Shown: positions 51,543 to 61,100 of the stretch, in pieces
How the letters are laid out: every line of letters starts with the position of its first letter
Numbering within the stretch: position 1 is the stretch's first letter
Origin: Octopus vulgaris
Taxonomy: Eukaryota
NCBI GenBank assembly: GCA_951406725.2
Contig: OX597839.1
Location: 21,824,001-21,888,000, forward strand
Direction of reading: 5' to 3'
DNA: 64,000 nucleotides
Program-made: the position numbers and the translations under genes
Notes under the pieces: generated by a model
The model's database searches: none
Told to the model about the DNA's origin: nothing
The model's input: only the letters and a program-made list of their open reading frames with translations

Positions 51543-54435
51543 TATATACACACACATATATATATCCTTAAAAATGTTTTAGCCCGAAGGCCACGGCCAT
51601 GCTGGGGCACCACCGCTGAATGAGCTACACTAATTTGTGAATCCACCTCTGATACGTGGCACTTGATCAACAAGGGAGTTCGATGCCGCTGCCCGCATCC
51701 ACGTCTCCTGTCGTGAGGTAGGTTCATCTGGGACTCCCGACAAGAAGAGATCCAGTTTAGTTTTAAAGAAATCCACATCCACACCATGTAAGTCTCTCAG
51801 GCATTTAGGGAGGATGTTAAAGAGCTGTGGTCCTCTGAAACCCAAGCTGTTGCAGTATCTGGACCTATATTTTGATGGTGATGTTGGAATCCTTGGCACC
51901 ATGCAGTGGCGCCCCGTTCTGTGGTTGGGGTAACTTTGAAAGTTTGGGACAAGACCCTCCAGGATTTTCCAGATGTATATCACCGCATATCTCTCCCGCC
52001 TCCGCTCTAGGGAGAAGAGGTTTAATACCTTCAGTCTTTCCCAGTAGCTGATATTTTGCATTGAGACGATTTTCTTTGTGTAGCTTCTCTGAATTGCTTC
52101 GAGTTCTGCTGTTAGTTTTATATTGTGTGGTGACCACAGTTGGGAGCAGTAGTCCAAGCGGCTGAGGACGAATGTTTTCCATAGGACCATCAGTGTCTCC
52201 TTCTCTTTGTTCTGAAAGTTCGGAGAATCCATCCAGCTAGCCGTCTGCATTTTATCACCAGATTAGCAATATGCACTTGGAAAGATGCATCATTGCTCAT
52301 GTCAATGCCCAGGTCACGCACTGATTTTGACTCAGGGATTGCAATTCTTCCTGGGCCAGTGTATCCAGTCTTCACGTCGTTTACCTTTGTGTGCCAGTAG
52401 CGCAGAGCCTGGAACTTACCTGCATTAAACTGCATGTTGTTGTCTTCAGCCCACCTGTATATTGTGTCCAGCTCATGTTGCAGATGCGCAATATTTTCAG
52501 GGTTTTGTATTGCAAGGAGACTTTTGTGTCATCTGCATAGCTAGCAAGGGTGGTCATTGTAGCAACTGAAGGCATGTCTGAAAGGGCCACTATGAACATC
52601 AGTGGCCCCAAGACAGTGCCCTGTGGGACACCGCTTGTTATTTGCGTTTCCTTGGAGGTGGCTCCATTGCTCACAACTGCTTGTTTTCTGTCTTTTAGGA
52701 AGTTGTGCAGCCACTCTCCAAGTTTTCCGCCTATGCCGAGACCACGCAGTTTGTGACAGATCATACCATGGTTGACTTTATCAAAGGCTTTTGCAAAGTC
52801 GAGATATATTACATCCACATTTGAGCCATTTAGTAGCTGTTTCAACACCCAGTCATAGTGTTGCAGGAGCTGTGTTAGGCAGCCTCTACCTGGTCGAAAT
52901 CCATGCTGGGTGTCAGACAGCAAGTCATTTTCTTCAAGGAACATGATTAGTTTCTTACGGACTATTCGTTCCATGACTTTGCTGATGTCTGAGGTCAGAG
53001 AGATAGGCCTATAATATATATACACATATATATATATATACACACATATATATATACACACATATATATATACACACATATATATATATACACACATATA
53101 TATATACACACATATATATATACACACATATATATATACACACATATATATATACACACATATATATATACACACATATATATATACACACATATATATA
53201 CACACATATATATATATACACACATATATATATATACACACATATATATACACACATATATATATATACACATATATATACACACATATATACACACATA
53301 TATACACATATATATATATATACATATATATATACACATATATATATATACACACATATATATATATACACATATATATACACATATATATATACACACA
53401 CATATATATATACACATATATATACACATATATATACACACACACATATATATATACACATATATATACACATATATATACACACATATATATACACACA
53501 CATATATATACACATATATATACACATATATATACACATATATATACACATATATATATACATATACACATACATATACACATACATATACACATATATA
53601 TACACATATATATACACATATATATACACATATATATACACATATATATACACATATATATACATATATATATACACATATATATACATATATATATACA
53701 CATATATATACATATATATATACACATACACATATATACATATATATATATACATATATATATATACATATATATATACATATATATATATACATATATA
53801 TATATACATATATATACATATATATACATATATATACATATATATATACATATATATATATACATATATATATACATATATATATACACATATATATATA
53901 CATATATATATACACATATATATATATACATATATATACATATATATATACACATATATATATATACATATACACATATATATATATACATATACACATA
54001 TATATATATACACATATATATATACACATATATATATACACATATATACATATATATACATATATATATATACATATATATACATATATATACATATATA
54101 TATATACATATATATACATATATATATATACATATATATACATATATATACATATATATACATACACATACATATATATACATACATATATATACATATA
54201 CATACATACATATACATACATATATATACATATACATACATATATATACATATATATATATATATACATACATATATATACATATATATATATATACATA
54301 CATATATATACATATATATATATATACATACATATATATACATATATATATATATATACATACATATATATACATATACATACATACATATACATACATA
54401 TACATATACATACATACATATACATATATATATAC

Positions 54436-54468
<33 letters not shown>

Positions 54469-54527
54469 CATACATATATATACATATATATATATACATA
54501 TATATATATACATATATATATATATAC

Positions 54528-54572
<45 letters not shown>

Positions 54573-54697
54573 TATATACATATATATATATACATACATA
54601 TATATATATACATACATATATATATATACATACATATATATACATATATATATACATATATATATATACATATATATATATACATATATATATATAC

Positions 54698-54728
<31 letters not shown>

Positions 54729-54952
54729 CATACATATATACATATATATATATACATATATATATACATATATATATATACATATATATATATACATATA
54801 TATATATATACATACATATATATATATACATACATATATATATATACATACATATATATATATATACATATATATATATACATATATATATATACATATA
54901 TATATATACATATATATATATACATATATATATATACACATATATATATACA

Positions 54953-54988
<36 letters not shown>

Positions 54989-54992
54989 ATAC

Positions 54993-55033
<41 letters not shown>

Positions 55034-55072
55034 TATATACATATATATATATACATATATATATATACATAC

Positions 55073-55153
<81 letters not shown>

Positions 55154-55206
55154 CATACATATACATATATATATATACATATATATATATACATATATAT
55201 ATATAC

Positions 55207-55237
<31 letters not shown>

Positions 55238-55358
55238 CATACATATATATATATATACATACATATATATATATATACATACATATATATATATACATAC
55301 ATATATATATATACATACATATATATATACATATATATATATACATATATATATATAC

Positions 55359-55393
<35 letters not shown>

Positions 55394-55394
55394 C

Positions 55395-55437
<43 letters not shown>

Positions 55438-55544
55438 TACATATACATATATATATATACATATATATATATACATATATATATATACATATATACATAT
55501 ACATATATATATATACATATATATATATACATATATACATATAC

Positions 55545-55627
<83 letters not shown>

Positions 55628-55636
55628 CATATATAC

Positions 55637-55705
<69 letters not shown>

Positions 55706-55740
55706 CATATATATATACATATATATATATACATATATAC

Positions 55741-55791
<51 letters not shown>

Positions 55792-55804
55792 CATATATAT
55801 ATAC

Positions 55805-55841
<37 letters not shown>

Positions 55842-55842
55842 C

Positions 55843-55877
<35 letters not shown>

Positions 55878-55890
55878 CATATATATATAC

Positions 55891-55927
<37 letters not shown>

Positions 55928-58106
55928 ATATATATATATATACATATAAATATATATATATATACATATAAATATATATATACATACATATATATATATA
56001 TACACAAACATATATATAACACACACACACACACGTTCATATATTAAGTGAGAGTGTATGAGATGCATGAAACTACAAAAAAAAAAAAGGACCTGGGTAA
56101 AAAATATGGTTGTTGAATAAAAGACCAGGTTTTTAGAAGCTAGTTGCATTTCTTGTTTTGAGAGTGAAAGAGGTGAAAATGGGCTGGGGGGGGGAGGAAA
56201 ACAAATAGAAAAAAGCCAACTTACTCCCCAATTCCATAGAGAGGACCTGTCTTTGAGAAAGTGCTTCATGTCGGGCCTGTACGGCATCTGTTTCAGGTGT
56301 GATGTAATACAAGCTGTTGGGGAATGTCTCGTCAGACAAATCATAGGTATCTAAACACATATCTGCAAGAAAATGGCTTTTATTAGAAGAATTTGACTTT
56401 GAGGAAGAAAGACAGAGAGACAGACAGACAAAGAAACAGAGGAAGAAGAGAGAGAGAGGGAGAAACAGATAGACAAAGAGTACCTATTTCTTTATTACCC
56501 ACAAGGGGCTAAACACAGAGGGGACAAACAAGGACAGACATAGGTATTAAGTCGATTACATCGACCCCAGTGCGTAACTGGTACTTAATTTATCGACCCC
56601 GAAAGGATGAAAGGCAAAGTTCACCTCGGCGGAATTTGAACTCACAACGTAACGACAGACGAAATACTGCTACGCATTTCGCCCGGCATGCTAACGATTC
56701 TGCCAGCTCGCCAAAGAGAGTGAAGAGTGTGAGGTTGAAGTGCTGAAGAAAGAAGGTAACTCTTACTCAAATCCCATTCTACCATCTTAAAGAAAAGGAA
56801 GTCAACATTGTATGTTGTAGTCCTAGATACAGTGTGTCCTCAATAAAGGACAAGAATGCATTTGAATACAGGTGGGATTAAACGGAGCTGACCTTGGGCT
56901 AAAGAACCACTATGATGATGATGATCATCATCATCATTTAGCGTCCGTTCTCCATGCTAGCATTGGTTGGACGGTTTAACTGGGGTCTGTGAAGCTGGAA
57001 GGCTTCATCAGGCCCAGTTAGTGTTTCTACGGCTGGATGCCCTTCCTAACGCCAACCACTCTGTGAGTGTAGTGGGTGCTTTTTACGTGCCACCTGCACA
57101 GGTGCCAGACAGAGCTGGCAAACGGCCACGAACGGATGGTGCTTTTACGTGCCACCAACACGGGGGCCAGACAAGGAACATAAAACAGCTTTAAAAGAAA
57201 AAAAAAAGGAAAAACTGTAGAATGATTAGAATTTGAAGTTTGTAAATGAAACGGAGAAGTAAATTCCTGAAAACTCACCAATTAAATAAACATGTCCGCC
57301 TTCGGTTCCGGCAGCAATGATGCCATAAAAGCAACTGAGTTGTTCACTGAATGACCAAACGAGGAAGTCGTTACCAAGTAAACTCGTTACACATTCAACA
57401 CTTGTAACCTGAAAAAATTGAAAAAAATGCCAATGAGGTTTTATTAAAAGAAGACAGTTCTGAATCAATGGGAGAACATTACCTCTGACCTAAGGTTTTT
57501 CAAAGATGCCCAGGAGCCATAAAGTCGACACGAAACACATTCTGAGTTCAAATTCCACCGAGGTTGACTTTGCTTCTCATCCTTTTTGAGGCTGGTAAGA
57601 TAAATACTAGTTGAGCATGGGGGTGCGGTTGATGACCTTTATTAAAATTGCTGGTCTTGTGCCAAAATTCTAATTATTATTGGATACTGACAGAATCAGT
57701 GAAACTAAAATGCTAATCAATATTTAGTTGGATCAACACAGCAAGCTAACAGAATCGTTAGCAATCAGGGAGAAACGCTTAGCAGCATTTCATTAGTCAA
57801 CACGTTTTGAGTTCAAATTCAGTCAAGGTTGACATTGCCTTTCATCTTTTTGGGGTCAATAAAATAAGTACCAGTTAAGCACTGGGGTCAATGTAATCAA
57901 CTTACCCCCCTCCCCACCTCGAAAATACTAGCCTTTTGCCAGCATTTAAAATCGGCTGTGTGGTAAGTAGCTTGCTAACCAACCACATGGTTCCGGGTTC
58001 AGTCCCACTGCGTGGCATCTTGGGCAAGTGTCTTCTGCTATAGCCCCGGGCCGACCAATGCCTTGTGAGTGGATTTGGTAGACGGAAACTGAAAGAAGCC
58101 TGTCGT

Positions 58107-58146
<40 letters not shown>

Positions 58147-61100
58147 CCCCCTAGCATCGCTTGACAACCGATGCTGGTGTGTTTACGTCCCCGTCACTTA
58201 GCGGTTCGGCAAAAAAGAGACCGATAGAATAAGTACTGGGCTTACAAAGAATAAGTCCCGGGGTCGAGTTGCTCGACTAAAGGCGGTGCTCCAGCATGGC
58301 CGCAGTCAAATGACTGAAACAAGTAAAAGAGAAAAAGAGAATACTTAATTGCACTCCTTTATGCCGAGTCAAAAATCCAAGGGGGATTACCTTTCTCTCT
58401 CAGCCTTGAAGGCCAAATAAGTACCAGTGATGTACTGAGGTTGATTAAATCAACTCTAGCCCATTCCCTTAACCCTTCAGATTACTCTTACCAAATGTAA
58501 TACTTATTTATTCAAATTATTTTGAATGAATCATGCATTATCTTGTAGCTTTAGAGAGTTCAATGCTGTGACTGTAAATAGTTTTAGAACGACACTGAAG
58601 AGTAGATGTGAGACGCTGGATTTGTTGAAGGAGGAGGGGTTAGGGTTCTGCTTTGGCCCCAACAGCTGTCTTCATTCATATGCATCACGTCCAAACCAAC
58701 GCACCCTCCTCTCCTGCCTACCACATTTAATTCCTCTCTTGGGCCTGACTTTTCTCTCATCACAGTTTCAGTCATTAGACCGTGGCCATGGAATATTTGG
58801 GCCGGATGTGACTGGTTTAAAGGATTCTACCTATTAACCAACAGCAAAAATCCCTACGAGACCCTACAGATTGAAGAAACTAAAAAAAAAAAAAAAAAAA
58901 AAAAAAGGAACTTACCGGGAAAGGGATTTCAATAGCTTTTACCACTTTTGAGAGGCCAATATGGAGCACACACAGCAGACCATTACTGCTGGTGGAACCG
59001 GTTTTCAAACCAACCAACAGTTTCAAAGAATCACCAGTCCAGAATTCACTCACACATTGAATAATGGTTTCAGCATCATGTGAAAAATTACCGAAATTCC
59101 AGGCTGCCAGGCAATTCCTTGTGTTACAAGATACCACCTCAAGTATGGAGCCACTGTATAGCCAACAAACTTTACCATCTGAAAAACAAAAACAGACAAT
59201 AATAATAATTTATTCTTTTTATTGACAAAACAGGACGAAAGGTTACAAAGGGTTTTGTCCGTTTTTAAAAAAATCCGTGTAAACAACTGTATAACAATAA
59301 TTATATAACAACGAAAAACTCCCAAAAGGGGGAGGCGTTACGAAAGGTTCCTGGTGGAAAAAACCCCACAAAATCCAACGAGAGCCTGGTCAAAAAAGGG
59401 GGGTAGAGAGTCCCTTTTTTCTCCTTTTATATTACCCATTTGAATCACAGGCGAAACCTGAGAACTGGTCCATTTATACTGGCCAGTCTCACACAATTCA
59501 CCCACCTTTCATAAAACTTGCTATCGGACAGCACTCTCCTCTCTAACCTCATCTTCCTTTTCAAGTGAAACTTGAAAAAGTTGATAAGGCCTTGACCAAA
59601 GAGGAAAGTGTCTGACTTTAGCCCTTTCAAACGAGTCCACACAACTTCTTTCGCCACAGCCACTAGGCACAAGAAAACGGCCTCGCCCTCCTTGTTAAAG
59701 GAGGTCGGCGGGGCAATCTTCACTATGGATTCGGCCGATAGTCGGATCCGTCCTACACGTGACAGTAGCTGTTCGACATAAACCCATATTTCAGCAATAC
59801 TCGGGGACTGGACGAGTGCGTGCCGAACGGTTTCGTCGTCCTGGCAACACCTCGGGCAGGCCCTGCTGACGGCACTTCCGTGCCGGTAGAGTTTATCTCG
59901 AACAGGCAGAGCCCCTCGGTAGCACTGCCAGGCGAGCGACCTCTAGAAATTATCCATCGGCCCCGGCCCAAAAGTCCTTCCGAACAGACCACTCAGTTCG
60001 TCATCTTCAACGCCTAGAGTTTCCCCGAGAACGTCGTCGCATTTTCCCTCCACTAACCCTCTATAGAACGCTAGAGTGGAGCTGTAACCGATCGCATTGC
60101 CCGCCTGGCGGAGGGCGGAGAGAGCTTGACGGCACTCGAGGTGCCAAGCGCCCTTTCTCGGTCTACGTTTGATCCAGGTCTGCAGCTCTGTCGAAGAGAC
60201 GAGCTGTGGAAAATCGCGTCTGACAAAAGACGACCACATCTGTTCACCGTCTAGGAAACGCTTGAGATGTCGCAGCCTGAGCACATCAGCAACCACGGCA
60301 TTCCAAGGCCTCCGTTCAGCGGTCGTTGACAGCAGATGGATCGCCTGACCAGTGGCACCTGACCCTTCCACAAAAAGTCGAAGAGCAGGCGTACCAGCTT
60401 GGCTAACCAGCGGTCGGGACAAGGGACGACGGTCAAGCGGTAATAGATGACAGATGTGATGTATGCATTCGCCACCTCTACTCGACCTTTCAGGGACAGC
60501 TTCCTCTCGGCCCATTTCTGGGTGAGACGTGCCACCCTGCTCTTCACCTCTTCCCAGTTTTTATCCACCTGGAGGTCCGGACCAAACCAGACCCCGAGCA
60601 GTTTAACGGGTCCGTCTGTCCAGCGCCCTACGACGCTGTTGGACGGCATGGGCTTGCCTCTCTAGGTGCCCAGTTGCAAGCTCACAGACTTTTCCGCGTT
60701 AATCTTTGCCCCTGTCACAGCTTCGTACTGGTTTAGTGTCTCGCCAATCAGGCCAATGTGCCTGTGGCTCGACACCATCACGGTGACGTCGTTGGCATAG
60801 GCAGACACGCTGTTTCCGCCTCCTAGATCGCGCGGGATACCCCTCAAGGCCTCCAACTTGCGCAGTAATGGCTTGAGAGTCAAAATGTACAAGAGGGAGG
60901 AGAGAGGGCATCCTTGGCGGACTGAACGCGAGATGTCGAACAGTTCCGAAAGGTGACCGTTCACCCGTATCACCGAGCAGATGTTGCTGTATAAAGCAGC
61001 TATCCACCCGCGGAAGACTGGACCGAAGCTGGCTACCTTGAGAACAGCTGCCAGGTACCGATGGTCGACCCTATCGAAGGCTTTACTCTGATCTAAGTTG

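Noticed and set aside
52995-56344. Three ORFs over 1000 aa (Y/I/M/C/V-rich), one fused to RT
   Set aside because: Translation of a TA/TG microsatellite that cannot form stop codons; the RT fusion is incidental
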